A DNA stretch of 62,834 nt, the filler included, from Rhabdomonas costata (Eukaryota), in assembly GCA_019059605.1 (NCBI GenBank). It is 29 parts of 29 records of this genome, joined end to end, with 100 filler letters (N's around TTAATTAATTAA, not from the genome) between each part and the next. Parts side by side here need not be neighbours in the genome. Positions count along the whole stretch, not along the records: positions 45,581 to 47,650 come from JAHMHO010005910.1; positions 47,751 to 49,820 come from JAHMHO010005911.1; positions 49,921 to 51,990 come from JAHMHO010005912.1; positions 52,091 to 54,159 come from JAHMHO010005913.1; positions 54,260 to 56,328 come from JAHMHO010005914.1; positions 56,429 to 58,496 come from JAHMHO010005915.1; 23 more parts are not named here. The stretch is one strand, 5' to 3'. The notes beneath the pieces were generated by a model that ran no database searches, was not told the origin of the DNA, and saw only the letters and a list, made by a program, of their open reading frames with translations. A program made the position numbers and the translations under genes. Below, one piece after another: positions 46,043 through 58,596 of the stretch. The stretch's first letter is position 1; the number at the start of each line of letters is the position of its first letter.

Positions 46043-47750
46043 GCGAAGTTAGAGAAGAAAGGAACGGGTCGTATGATCGCAGACACGCCTTACCTCTCCA
46101 TTTACTCGAACCGCCTCCTGCGTAGCAACTGCGGTGCTCCCGCTCTTTTGGGGTCAAAGGGCAATCTGGTTTTCCTTGGGGGCTTTTGTGGAAGGACATA
46201 ATCGACCCCCCTTCTATGCCACAGGCCTCCTTTGCACTCTCCTCTGCATGACGTTCCGTCTTTTGTCTGCCTGAGTTCCCCTCCAGAGGGAGAGGAGATG
46301 CTCTATAGGAGCGCCTGGATGGTTGCCTGGTTTGGGGGGTGATGGCGTTGTCTGTGCGTCTCATTGTCAGCGTGCACGTGGAGACATACTTATATTTTGT
46401 GTTGCCGCTCCATGTGCCGTTGCTGTGTTTTTTAGTGTTCCTGCGGAGTGGCTTGGGGAAGCAAACGTTTGCAGCAAACGCTTTCATAGGATTAGATGTT
46501 GTGCAACCCCGCTGAGTTAATATCCCTAATATCCCCATCGGTGCAGTTGCAAAGACTTCGAAGGCACCCACTTCCCCCGAGCAACTTTCCAGTGTTTTGG
46601 GGATGCCAAACGTTGCTTCTTTTGTTTTTGCTTCTCGTGTTCCGAAATTGGACTACAAAACCTCGGACCAACTACAAAAAGACACAGATAAAAGATAAAA
46701 GTTGAATGCCAAGCAGTGGGTTGGAGACGGTTTTTACTATTGGCGAGTCTGCCGACTAAGATTCAGGCTTCGGTCGCTCTGCCCTTTTCCATTGCGTTAA
46801 GTTCCTGAATTGTCTGCGGATTTTTCGCCCGCGAGCGGGATAGAGCCTTTCCGGCCCGAACCGGTTCCTGGTTTAAAACTATTGGGTCTGAACCCACGTT
46901 TCCACCTTTTCCTTTTGAAAGGTTCACCGCCTTTTCGGGTTCAAGGTGCTTTCGGGTGCTGGTTTTTGCTTCGCCGCCCTCATTTCGTTGAAAGGAAATA
47001 GCACAGAGTTTGCAACAATGCGCCGGCGGCTGGGGAACTGAAACTGGGCGCCCAACGCCCGACACGCCGAATTGCACAAGCCACTTTGCTGCGTCAAAGC
47101 CCGGCCGGGAGGGGCGCTATGCATTTTGGGAAATTGCGCAATCCAAAAGTCACACACCCCGCGGCGGGAAGCAGGCAAAAAACCGCGCGCACAACGACGT
47201 TGCGTTGGAAGCAAACTGTCACGAACCGGCTTGGTAACCGGCTACCGGGATGGCTGCTCCGCCCGGAAACCCGGAAACTAGACCGAGGGATGCGGACCGC
47301 TGCTCGGTCCAATCCTCAACATGGGATCGGGATAAAATCCCCCATAGCGTCGCCATTGGGATGAAGCCGCTCTTCATTCCCGGCGACCGCCAAGGAGCAA
47401 AATGCAAGCAGGGAGAAAAAGGGCTGCAACAAGCCAATCGGGCACAAGGTGCCCTAGGTATGGAATGCCAAGCCCCTTGGGGCAAAGGATTCCGGCCCAC
47501 CGGGGTATGGTGGGACCGGCGCGGGAATCATCGGTCAAACCAAACAAGTCAATCGGTCAAAGCGGTTCCCTTTTAATCGTTGGCTGTGCTGTCGCTTGCC
47601 TTCGTGCTCTGTGGTACGCTGTGCACCCTTTTGATGGTTACCCCGTTTGTNNNNNNNNNNNNNNNNNNNNNNNNNNNNNNNNNNNNNNNNNNNNTTAATT
47701 AATTAANNNNNNNNNNNNNNNNNNNNNNNNNNNNNNNNNNNNNNNNNNNN

Positions 47751-49820
47751 CGGAGCAATGCATCGGCTCCTGTGACTTGTCCGCCATGAACTTCGCCGTT
47801 CAAGCTCCCCAGGGCACCTACACCGGGCCAGACTACCGCGGCGTGAGAGTGCTGGCTGCATACTCGTATCTGCCAAACCTGAACGCCACGCTGCTGCTGA
47901 AGGTCGACTTTTCTGATACTGAGGCCGCACTCCTTCAGAGAGTCGGGTCCGCTGTCTCAGCGACGAACATGAAGCTGCCCGGCACGAAGGAGGTCTTTGT
48001 GAGCCACAAGGTGGTGACCAATGGAACAGACGGAATCAAATTCATCAGCGATCTGAAATATGCATCTCAGTGTGGTGCCTTGGGATGTGGCTCGAACCCG
48101 AATGCTGCGATTGCTGCGAAGAAGTCAGCGATCGGCTGCGAGCATGGTCATTTTATTCAGCGTGACTACCGGAACCATGCGACATTTGCTGGCTATGCTT
48201 GCATTCCAGAGATTGAATGCGGTGCGAGCATTTCTCATATTTTTCCCTGCTGTTTGACATGAATGCTTCTGTCACTGTCGTTGGGATCAGGGCCTCCATG
48301 CGCCGTTTTTATTCTGCTCAGGGGTTGTGTTGAAGATCGACAGTGAGGAAGTTGCACAGAAATGCCAGGACTTTTGCGTGGCGTACGCGAATGCCCTCAA
48401 TGAGAACTCGACTAGCAGTCTTGAGCTCGAGCTGGGAAAGCCGTATAACCTCAGCCTTGCCGCCTCCGTTCAGGTATAATACAATGCAAGAGCAAAAGAA
48501 AATGTAACCCAAAACCAAAACTGTCCCAGGTAAAAAAAATGCCCGGGTCACATTGCCGTTTCCCCCCTTCAACTGTTCAGCAGAGCACCAATTTTCAATT
48601 TTTGTCTGAGGCATTTTCCCTGCGGTCTGCTAAGGCCCCGACAAAAGATGCTGGGACACACTCACGACAGTTCACCTTGACATCGACATTCTCCACAACT
48701 TTTTGCCTGAGGGTGGGAAACCCTGCTGTTTATTAAAGGTCAGTGGTATGATCAAGGAAATGGATTTGACCCAGAACTCGCGTGGAGGAGTTCGCGGCCC
48801 CGAAGCAGCCAACTAACTCATCTCAGAAGTACTACCATTCCACCAATCAAATGTGAGTCTAGCCGAACGCTACATCGCTCATTGAGGCGGGGTGGGGATG
48901 TAATGATGATCGTCACTGCGAATCGCCGAGCCCAAGATGTTTTTGTCCTTACGAGGGGTGAGAGGGCTGTGGGCCGCGAAATATTGCAAGTCCTATTCTT
49001 CATATTCTCTTTCAGATTTAAATGAATTTTGTCGAGTCCTTAGGGTGTATCCAGATAGACCAGGTATTTGGAGAAAAAAGCTCCTGGATTCTGGTTGCCA
49101 ATTGTAACTACCTATTACCTCTACCACCCCTCCTAGCTTTGCGCCCAAGGAATGCTCGTTTTGTACCAGTCATATGAGCGCGCCTGACATTATACCTCAC
49201 CGGTGGGCAAGTAAATTAACCGACGGGTCAGGGCGTCATCACCCCTTCCCCGTCCCCTTCCACAAACATTGAGCCCCTCTCTGTGTTCAATGCTGTATGT
49301 CTTGGATGTTTTTCATGTTTGTGTTTTGTTCAACCATGTTGCGTGTGTCTGCTGGGGTTAGTGCATCTGATCGTGAATATGCTTCGATGTGTCTCATGTC
49401 TTCTGGCGGCTGTGGTTTGGGCAACGGTGTATCTTTGGCTCTCTTAGTACATCGTGTGAATCCTAGCGTTGGTCTGTGGGCATTCACCTGTAGTGGTGTT
49501 TGTTGAAGGTGGATGTCCTTACTTACTCTTTACTTCGACCTCCACCATCATTATAGGGCGATACTTTGCATTTTGCAGAGCTATGCCGACATCCAAATGC
49601 TGACCACGCCGAGGGAGGCCTGCCCCAGCAGTGGGTGCTGGCCGAATTCCTCCACGGGGCCGATGGTGGAGGCCATCCGCGGGGCTGGCGGAGTCGTGAT
49701 GGGCACGGAGCACGGCGGTGAGGGGTCCGTGGTGGCAGCGCTAGGGTACAGCCCTGGGCTGGGCCTTGGGCTGGTGCTTGGGGTGGGCCTGTCGGAGGTG
49801 CAGCGGCCGCTGCTCAACGT
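47751..49820 (+). CDS. Tandem Cache/PAS-like repeat ectodomain protein, three exons
   Basis: Exons 47751-48221, 48322-48473 and 49579-49820 (GT-AG, in frame) give three modules: DYRGVRVLAAYSYLPNLNATLLLKVD, DYRNHATFAGYACIPEIECGVVLKID and EHGGEGSVVAALGYSPGLGLGLVLGVG. Confidence 0.82.
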
Positions 49821-49965
49821 NNNNNNNNNNNNNNNNNNNNNNNNNNNNNNNNNNNNNNNNNNNNTTAATTAATTAANNNNNNNNNNNNNNNNNNNNNNNN
49901 NNNNNNNNNNNNNNNNNNNNGGGTGTTGTGGATGCGGACCACCAAGGGCAATCGGGGAACGTCGC

Positions 49966-51425
49966 CTACTGGCCTCCACTGGGTAACCCCCGAACAAGGC
50001 CCCTGCTTGGGTCCCTCATTGCGGGCTTGCCAAGCTGCGGCTCTACCATGCTGAAGGTCAGCATGGGCTCTGTGTCTCGTGGCGTGGCGTACCAGTTGGT
50101 GCCCCAGCCTTCCGTTCCCCTCAGTTGAAGGGTCCCTCTCTTCGCAATTCGGACATAATTATTTTCGAGGAGAGAAATGTGACACCATGTCATGACAAAA
50201 GAAAAACGCACATAAGTGGTATTGCACCCACCTTAATCGAGGCAACGCTGCAGCTGTTGGCCACTGCCAGCCCGGTGAGGGTGTATCCAGGCTGCAGCCG
50301 GTGGAGTGTGCAGCCATCCGGGAAAGCTAGGGCCTTGCCCTGTGGGGACGATATCGTCGAACCGGACGCGAGGGACGGCCGTGGGTGGACAGGGAAGGGC
50401 TGCGCGGCTGAGAGGCAGGGAGAAGGCAACTGGGGAGGAGGTGAGGTGGCCCGCGGAGGCAGTGGAGGGGCGGAGGGAACGGGGTCCTGGGCTAAACCCT
50501 CCTCCTGGGTGGCACGTATACCGGGAGCTCTTCCTAGAAAAAAAGGAAAATCAGCAATGACTTTCTTTTCTCGTGCTCACACACATCGTATTTCGAGCCT
50601 GGTCGCAGCATAAAAAAAGAGGAGATGAGGGTAATAACTCGATATGGGTGTGTAGGGGGTGGCGCATAGCGCTCTGGCTGTTGCCTAATTGAATGTTGGT
50701 GGCCACTGTAGACTGACCGCGGCACGCGTTGTTGGCCACGGGTGCACACGAGAGGTATCGTTGGAGCGAACCGTGATGTGTAGTGCCAGCTTACTGCCGA
50801 ACGTTCTAGAAATGCCACTTTACCTTCTGCCCCACGGGTCCCGGGCCTTTGTCGAGCAGCTCTGTTCCAACGACCACCCGCACAGCCCCATTACAGCTCG
50901 AGTCTTCTGTGGATCCGCACTCCTTGGGGGGGGGGCTAGCAGGGCCCTTCTCTCGCGGAAACGGGCTGGAATGCATTTCTATGCAGAGGAGCTGGATCGG
51001 GATCATCTTAAGATCTCCGCACTCGATAGAAAAAGCTGAATCAGTCAGCGGCCAGCCTGCGTCGCGTCCACTCCACCCTTCTACGGAGAGTGCGTTCTGT
51101 ATGTGAGCACTTGTGCGCGAGTGTGGTAAAGCGCAGCCAGGCACCTGCAGTGGCACGCTGCGCCGCGAGCTCTCTCACCCGGCCAGCCTTCAACGGGGAC
51201 ACCCCAGAGCCCTGCAGCGCACCCTCCGTGGCCGCCGCCAGGTCGGCCCAACACAGCGAGGGCTCGGCCTGCAGTATTCTCGCAGCCACCGCAATGCTGC
51301 GAAGGGAAACGGGAATTCGCAAGTAGCTCCCCACCCATTCGGACGAAGCGGGCTGTTCTCTGAAAGCGTTGTAAGCTGCTGCCAGAAAAACTATGCCTGA
51401 GCACCACAATGATTCACCGTCTAGC
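49966..51425 (-). CDS. Exons of an uncharacterised protein (possible SAM/HhH-like helical segment)
   Basis: GC-rich exon-like blocks at ~51145-51300 (LCWADLAAATEGALQGSGVSPLKAGRVRELAA), ~50232-50340 and a terminal block at 49966-50125. Confidence 0.4.
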
Positions 51426-52090
51426 TGAAAGAGTACACATAAGCAAAGAAGTGCGAAGTGGCAACTGGGGGCATAACACAATAAACCGGTCTGTTGATAC
51501 GTAGTACCGCTGATGCCCAATACACCTCCACCACACCCCCCAGAAAAAATGCGCCGCCCAGACAAACACTGCAGAGAAGGTTAATCCCCAAACTCCAATC
51601 AACACAATCGAAAGATGGGGAAAACGCTGCAACGGACACCACCATCCACCCACCAGTCTGGAACTTGGACTTCCCGAAGAAGCCCCGCAAGGGTCTCTAC
51701 ATTCACCATCCCCATGCGGCAACCTGAGCTTGGCAATGCCATCTCTCAAAGAAAAACGGTCTCGAAAGGGAAACAGAAGTAATGAAGTCTCACTGATTAT
51801 TGAGTAGGAAAAGGAGCGCAGAGGAGGACAGCACCGGAAGCCACGGAAGCTAAAGATTCTACTAAAATTCTATGAACCGATACATTTAAAAGCCCGATAA
51901 AAACGTATACTGCGGTCGGGAGGTTGTGCATCCATTCCTTTTCTACGCAAATTCAGAGACAACGCAGTGTTTGTGTGTCCACAAAAAACCNNNNNNNNNN
52001 NNNNNNNNNNNNNNNNNNNNNNNNNNNNNNNNNNTTAATTAATTAANNNNNNNNNNNNNNNNNNNNNNNNNNNNNNNNNNNNNNNNNNNN

Positions 52091-52774
52091 AGCTTGCAGC
52101 AGTGCCTTTGCAAAGCCATCCAGAACGGCCTGCGCCTCGGCGGAGGGCTTGCCGCCAGGCTTGGACTTGGCAGCCACGGGCTTGGCAGCCTCAGGCTTGG
52201 GTTTGGGCTTGGGCTTCGGCTTGGAAGGGGCCTCGGCTTCGACGGGAGCTAAACATGAGTACAACAAGGACAGGAAAAGGGTTAACGGATGGACACCAAC
52301 CTCATATTTGGTACGATAACGAAGACGAAAAATTATTGAACGACGATAACCACTGATCGATACAACAAATTGGAAAATACTGGCTTGAAAACGGGGTGTG
52401 CGTTCGTAGACACAACACGGACCTTCCTCTTGGGGCGCGGTGGTGGCCCCAGAGTGCTTCCCAGCGACGGAAACCACCCATCCCTGGAGCTGCTGCGGTG
52501 GCTGGGAAGGCGCCGGACGCGCAGCCGGTGATGTCCCAGCCAGGGAACTCAGCGACAGCACTTTGGACTCAGACTTTTTCGGAGGAGGTGAGGACTCCCC
52601 TCCGGAGCCGCCGGAGCTGGAGGGGTGCTCGGGCTTGCGCAGAGCGGCCTCGAGCTCAGCGGAGGAGACCCCGCCGGTGCCGTGGATGACTTTGGGGCGG
52701 TAGTGCGCCAGGAAGTCCGAGCGAAGCGCACCGAGGATCCCCCGCAACTGCCGGAACTGCTCCTGGGGTGGCAT
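52091..52774 (-). CDS. Uncharacterised protein exons with Pro/Lys/Ser-rich linker
   Basis: EQFRQLRGILGALRSDFLAHYRPKVIHG... and APVEAEAPSKPKPKPKPKPEAAKP...LDGFAKALLQA. GC3-rich. Confidence 0.55.
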
Positions 52775-54403
52775 AGTGAGGGGTCCGGGACTTGCATAAA
52801 TGCTGAATCGATCGGGTCTGGAAGCATTACAAATATCGGTTTGGAAATCAGCAGTGCACGTTGCAGTTAACGTTAATACGTCGTTGCGAAAACATTATGC
52901 ATCACAGTAACCGGTCATTGGGATGTCTCTCGCTGTTTCTGTGTGACTTCCACAGTTTCTCGCGAAGTCTGGCGCTGAGCAGCAAGAAAAAGGAAGATCA
53001 GGGAATCGAAAAGTGCCGAAGGGCATTCTTGTCAGCAGTACTAGGGGACTATTTGGTGCGCTTAACGGCGAGGAGAAGGCCCTTTCACCCCTTGTGCCCC
53101 ATGACAGCTCTTCTCTCTTCTTTTCCTAAATAAAAAGCCTTGTCCAGGGCGGGGTTGCCCCACAAGCGAAGGACATCCTGAGGTAGGCACATAAAATGAA
53201 TATCCCAGTTTCTCCCACATGAAGTCCCCCTGCTTTTCTCCAGCAGAATGAAAGTACAGCGTTTAGAGGGCGAACGCCGACAAGTTGTGTTATCAAACCA
53301 AATTATTGCCGAACCAAAAAATCACGAATCAAGGGGCCGCTCCCAGGCACCGAGAAAGCCATGTTGGGAGCTGGGGGGGTGCACGTGACCGCACCTCTTC
53401 CGAAGATGCCGCGGGCAGGGGCTGCAGCAGCTCGGCCACGCTGTGGGCGACCCTGCGGCGATGCGGTCGTGCTGGGTTAGTGTTGTACTGCGAAAGGCGC
53501 GAGAAGGCGAGCAATTCTAGTGCAGGCAAACACGAGGAGGACGCAACTTTTCTGTGTCCGAAAATCGGAGATAAGTGCTGAAAAGGTGAGGGGGTGTGGG
53601 GGAGGTGACTTGTGCGTGCCCTCTATCGCTTTAGTTCAGTCTCGCTAGGTGGGAGCGGTTTTGAGTATCCCCTCCAACAAGAGACCGTTGACTGCAGACC
53701 TGCGAATGGCAAAAGAAAGGGGACGGGGAGGGGATATAAAGAACGTGGTGCCCCCCAACCTCAACAAATTGCCAAAAAGAATGGAATCCGTTCCTCAACA
53801 GGGGCAGACAGACCTGCGGTGTTGCGCCAACTCCACGGCTTCCAGGCCATTGTATGCACTGTCGACGGTGGTTAATCCCATGCAGTTAAACTGCCTAATA
53901 CCCAAATGAGGACAAAACAGAGCGACCAGACAGCCACCACAACCCCAAGTGAACAAAACAACCACAAGCGAGGACACCCTCGGCTGAACGGAGAGCTAGA
54001 AATGGAAAAATGCTAATAACGTAAACTCATCTCAACTGGTAAAACAAAAAGGAAAACCAGTAACGTCAACGTCATGAGTGTCTACAAACAATTTCGGGAA
54101 CCATCGCACACCAAAACAAAGCCAACTGGACGCCAAAGTTAGCGTCCCCCCACCACACCNNNNNNNNNNNNNNNNNNNNNNNNNNNNNNNNNNNNNNNNN
54201 NNNTTAATTAATTAANNNNNNNNNNNNNNNNNNNNNNNNNNNNNNNNNNNNNNNNNNNNGTTTGTGTTGATAATGTTCGTCAGGGTTTTTGTGCCACCGA
54301 GGCACGAAATCAACGTGCTCTCTCCTCTAGGATTAAATAAAGATCAGGTGTTCATAGACACAAAGCAGGTAGAGGTCAGAAGAGGAATAAAAACGTCACG
54401 CAC

Positions 54404-56051
54404 ATCTCGGGCGTCGCCCTCGAAGATAATCAGGCAGGCGTTGGTTTGGTCAATTGTCCCGTTCAGCTTCTTGTCCAGGATCATCTGCGATAGCCTGGGA
54501 AGGTACCCCATGAAGAACAGAAGAAGCAGAGACCACTTTTGACAGACCCACATGGATTTGTTCTCTCCCCATGCTTTTCTACGGAAAGCCTTTGTCCGGC
54601 CGGGGCCGCTCACACTGCTGGGGGAACAATTGTATTTTTTTTTGGGGGGGGGGGACATTAAACGTTTAGCACTGCTAAACGTTTACGCCAGAACGCAAGG
54701 GTGATGAAAGGTTCCCAGGAGATGGTAATACAAAAGTGATTCGATTAGTTTGGGTGCAAAGGCCAGCGCCGCGGAGGCCAGTCTGTGGTACGTTCCACAG
54801 GCGATGCTCCGCTTAACACTGCTAACGTTTGGTGAAGCGTCCGAATCAGGCACAATTTTCTGGATGTTATTTTTAGGACACGGGTTAGGTAAACTGTGCC
54901 AACTACCTCTAAATGCATTTATTTTAGCAAAATGGGATTAGATATGCTGTTTTTCTTACCCTTAGACAGACATGTTTTTCTTCAGGTGGGGGGTTTAGGA
55001 AATTTATGACGGTTTAGCACCACTGACGTTTAGCGGTGCTGAGCGTTGAGCACCCCCCTCCCCAAAACAAGAGGCGCTTGCTGGGCAGGATGAATTCCAA
55101 GTCAGCGCTTTTCTCTCTCCCGCCTGCCCTCGATGAGTTGACGCTTCCGCCGCTGACGACGGCCTGCGGTAACCACATTGATGTAAATTGATCCTCTTCG
55201 AGGGAAGAGCAATGGCCATTGCGGACATATCGCACTTTACCGCAAAATCACCGCAAAATCAGAACTCATCTTTTTTGGCCTCGTTAACACGTTAACATGA
55301 GAACGTTTGAAACATGACATATAAATACGTGCCAGTCCCAGTGGCATTTTATACCGTAACCAGGACTTCAATACTAATTTCTTAGTTTCGAGATGCAATT
55401 TACCTTGCGATAATTTCCCACCAACCCACGGCCCACACAAACACACTTGGCTTCCACGGTGGCAAGCTCCAGCTTCACTTTCTTGGCGACATGCGGGAGG
55501 TCAACCTGGCGGTAGGGCTCAATCACTCGGGTCAAGTGCTGCTCCAGCAGGGCGTCGTACAGCTCAAGGAGGTGGCTGGCCACAATCGGGTCCGCCGCCA
55601 GCTCTGCCCCCCCCCCCATTCCCATTTCTTTTTCAATCCAGATACCCCTGCACGGCACGGGAAAAGATATCGAGGAAACCGTGGACCCTGGACAATAGGG
55701 AAAGTAAGACAGTCCCTTAAAGTCTGCAGTGATGGGAGTGCACATCGACATTCGGAGCTGAGCGAGTGATCCCATCGCCACCGACGCACACCGCCAAGTC
55801 TTTCCTCGCGCATCAGGAACCACAGTACAATCGGGAAACGGTGACAGGTGCCCTCGCAGCAGGGTAACCAGACTCATCCCCACGAGCCTCTCCAAGACGC
55901 GGAGTACACGGGTGCGCAGTGGCGGAGGAGGGGAAGGCCCATAGCGATCGAAATGAGCACACCATGGTCGTACTCCGCCCGGACCCGCTCAAACTCGTGC
56001 AGGTTGCGCGCCTTGTACGCCGCAGCGATGGCCTTCATGGCATCAATTTCC
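54404..56051 (-). CDS. RPN6: 26S proteasome lid subunit RPN6/PSMD11 (PCI domain), three exons
   Basis: Exons 55963-56051, 55447-55603 and 54404-54494 join to EIDAMKAIAAAYKARNLHEFE..ELAADPIVASHLLELYDALLEQHLTRVIEPYRQV..VEAKLSQMILDKKLNGTIDQ. All introns are GT-AG. Confidence 0.95.
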
Positions 56052-58596
56052 CTGACAACAATGCCATGCATAACACCTCGCCGGACGGACACCCAAACCC
56101 ACCACAGCAAAGGGGGGGGGGACAACACATCACGGTAGCCGAACATCACGCGAAGCGTGAGGTGAGCATCCCTTGGACCTCCGGGTTGCAGGAAGGGGCC
56201 ACCGCAAGACACTGACTCAGTCTTGTGGAGTGGTTGTGCGGACTTGCTTAACCTCCGTCCCACGATGCACACATCTACACATCCCGCTCCGTGAATCATC
56301 TCCCCACAACACCAAACACACCCACCACNNNNNNNNNNNNNNNNNNNNNNNNNNNNNNNNNNNNNNNNNNNNTTAATTAATTAANNNNNNNNNNNNNNNN
56401 NNNNNNNNNNNNNNNNNNNNNNNNNNNNGTGGTTGGTGGGGGACAGTCTGTCTGGAATCATTTACAATGGCTGGAAACCGTGCCCTTATTCCCGGGTGAC
56501 AGCCGAATGCGTCAGATCGCTGCGGACGCTGCCGCATGAATCTCGAAATGTCATAAACTGAGCCGGAGAGATTTTTCAGGCTTTTTTTCGTGGGAGATCT
56601 CACTTCTGCCCCAGTTGTTGGCTCGTCATCGTCTAAATCGGGTCTTTCCTTGGCTTGGTTAAGGTGCGTTTCATACATCTCAAATCACTGTTTTTTTCTG
56701 GCTTTGTTCGGGGTGCCTACTGACATGAAGCTTCCAGGCGGCGCGACCCAGCGGTGAATTTGGAAATGGCTGGAGTTCTTCTCTGGGCAACGTAGCAAAA
56801 GTTAATTGATCTTTATTTGTATTTTGCAGTGTTCTATTTTGGCTTCCTTGCTGTGTGCGTCGATTTTAACCATTGCTCTGTTTCTTGAGGATGCACAGTA
56901 GATGAAAGGGCGCCACCCGCGGCGATGACATGACTTGGGCAATGCATCTTTCACCATGAATTTCATCGTTCAAATAAAGGCGCTGCCACCAGACCGGAAG
57001 GCTCTCAACAATCCCAATGGCACTTGTCCCGTGCCGCGAAAGCCTCTGCTCTGATGTGTGCACCGGAACCGCGCACTCTTCCTGGTGTGGTCCTTCTAGG
57101 ATCAGCCTGCCCTGGAACCCCGGTTCTCCCCTTTCACGTGCGACCAAAGTTTTTCTTTCTGATTTGTCCACTTAACTCTTTTGTGGAGGGTGCGTGGGCC
57201 TGTCTCTTCGATTTCCCTTCTGCCGGCCAACACCTCCCCTTCCGTGCTGCTTCTCCAGTAATGGCGATAGTGGCGGGTGTTGTGGGCGGGGTGACCGTGG
57301 TGGGGGTGAGTGCGCTGCTGGGACTGCTGCGGTATGTGTGCTACCGTCCCGCGGCGGCCCAGGTATCCCAAGCGCATCGACCCCTTACCATCAGCAATCC
57401 TTCCATAGATATCCTTTTCCATTGCTTTTCGCCAGGGGTGTACACTTTGATGCGATGTTTTTCCCCGTAGGGGACGCAAAGTTGACTTTATCCGGCAGAG
57501 TGGCGGGCTGAATAATTCATCTTTTTTTACAAGAATATTGCACCATCCCACACGAAACGGAAACACGGCTCAAGCGGAAAGAAGCGCGTGGCAGTCTGTT
57601 CGGAGTCGGATATTATCCCCCCGCAACAACGCAAAAGGTGGTGGCAGAAGGTCACATGGCAGGGTTCCACAATAGCAGTGCGGGCAAACCCGAAACAGCA
57701 CGGTGACGTCGTAAAGCACCAGGGTACCCCCACACACTGAGGAGCCGCTGGCACTGCGTCATTGAGTCAGGCTGCTCGGGGACCCTGTGCCGCCACACGG
57801 GGAGCCACCACGGCCTTGCCTTGGGGATGCCAAACCTACGGGGAGCCAGTGAAGGGAAGCTCAGTAGACACTTGGTCTTTCGTTAGTTCCGTAAATCGAA
57901 AATGCTTTAAGAAGGGTTTCCGTTGACGTTAACGTTGGGGGCGGGAAGTGCTAATAGTTAAAGATGGGAAAAATTGTACCTAGTGGACGTCAACAACACA
58001 AAAAGTTCACAGGCCGGACGCGGGCATACCACAGTTAGCAGTATTTTGGGGCGTTTTTTCACCCAAAGCCCTTTCCACCAAAAAGTCATTTCGGATGCAC
58101 TGATCCTCTTGCATTCACGTGTATTTAAAATGAAGGGCACTGACGTAATTTATTATCTTAGTTGTAGCTGCACTTAAAAAAGCGAAGAAAAAAATTTCAG
58201 TGTCTTTTCTGCTGCCACAGGTTACCTCTCAACGTCAATGCGACCTGAAGGCGAGCCTGGAAGGGGTGCGCATAACCTAACTAAGAGCACCGGAAAGGAC
58301 CTGCCGAAGGACGTCGAAGCACCCAACAGAAAGGAGCACACGAAGACAGAAGAGCACCCTGGGGAGAAAACTGCGACGGAGCAAGACAGAGCTCAAACAC
58401 GGTTATTGCGCCAGCCTTCACAGTTTTGTGCAAGCCGCCATCGACGCTGAGAAATCTTAATCACTGTTTAATGCATTTTTATTCGATGTTATACTTNNNN
58501 NNNNNNNNNNNNNNNNNNNNNNNNNNNNNNNNNNNNNNNNTTAATTAATTAANNNNNNNNNNNNNNNNNNNNNNNNNNNNNNNNNNNNNNNNNNNN

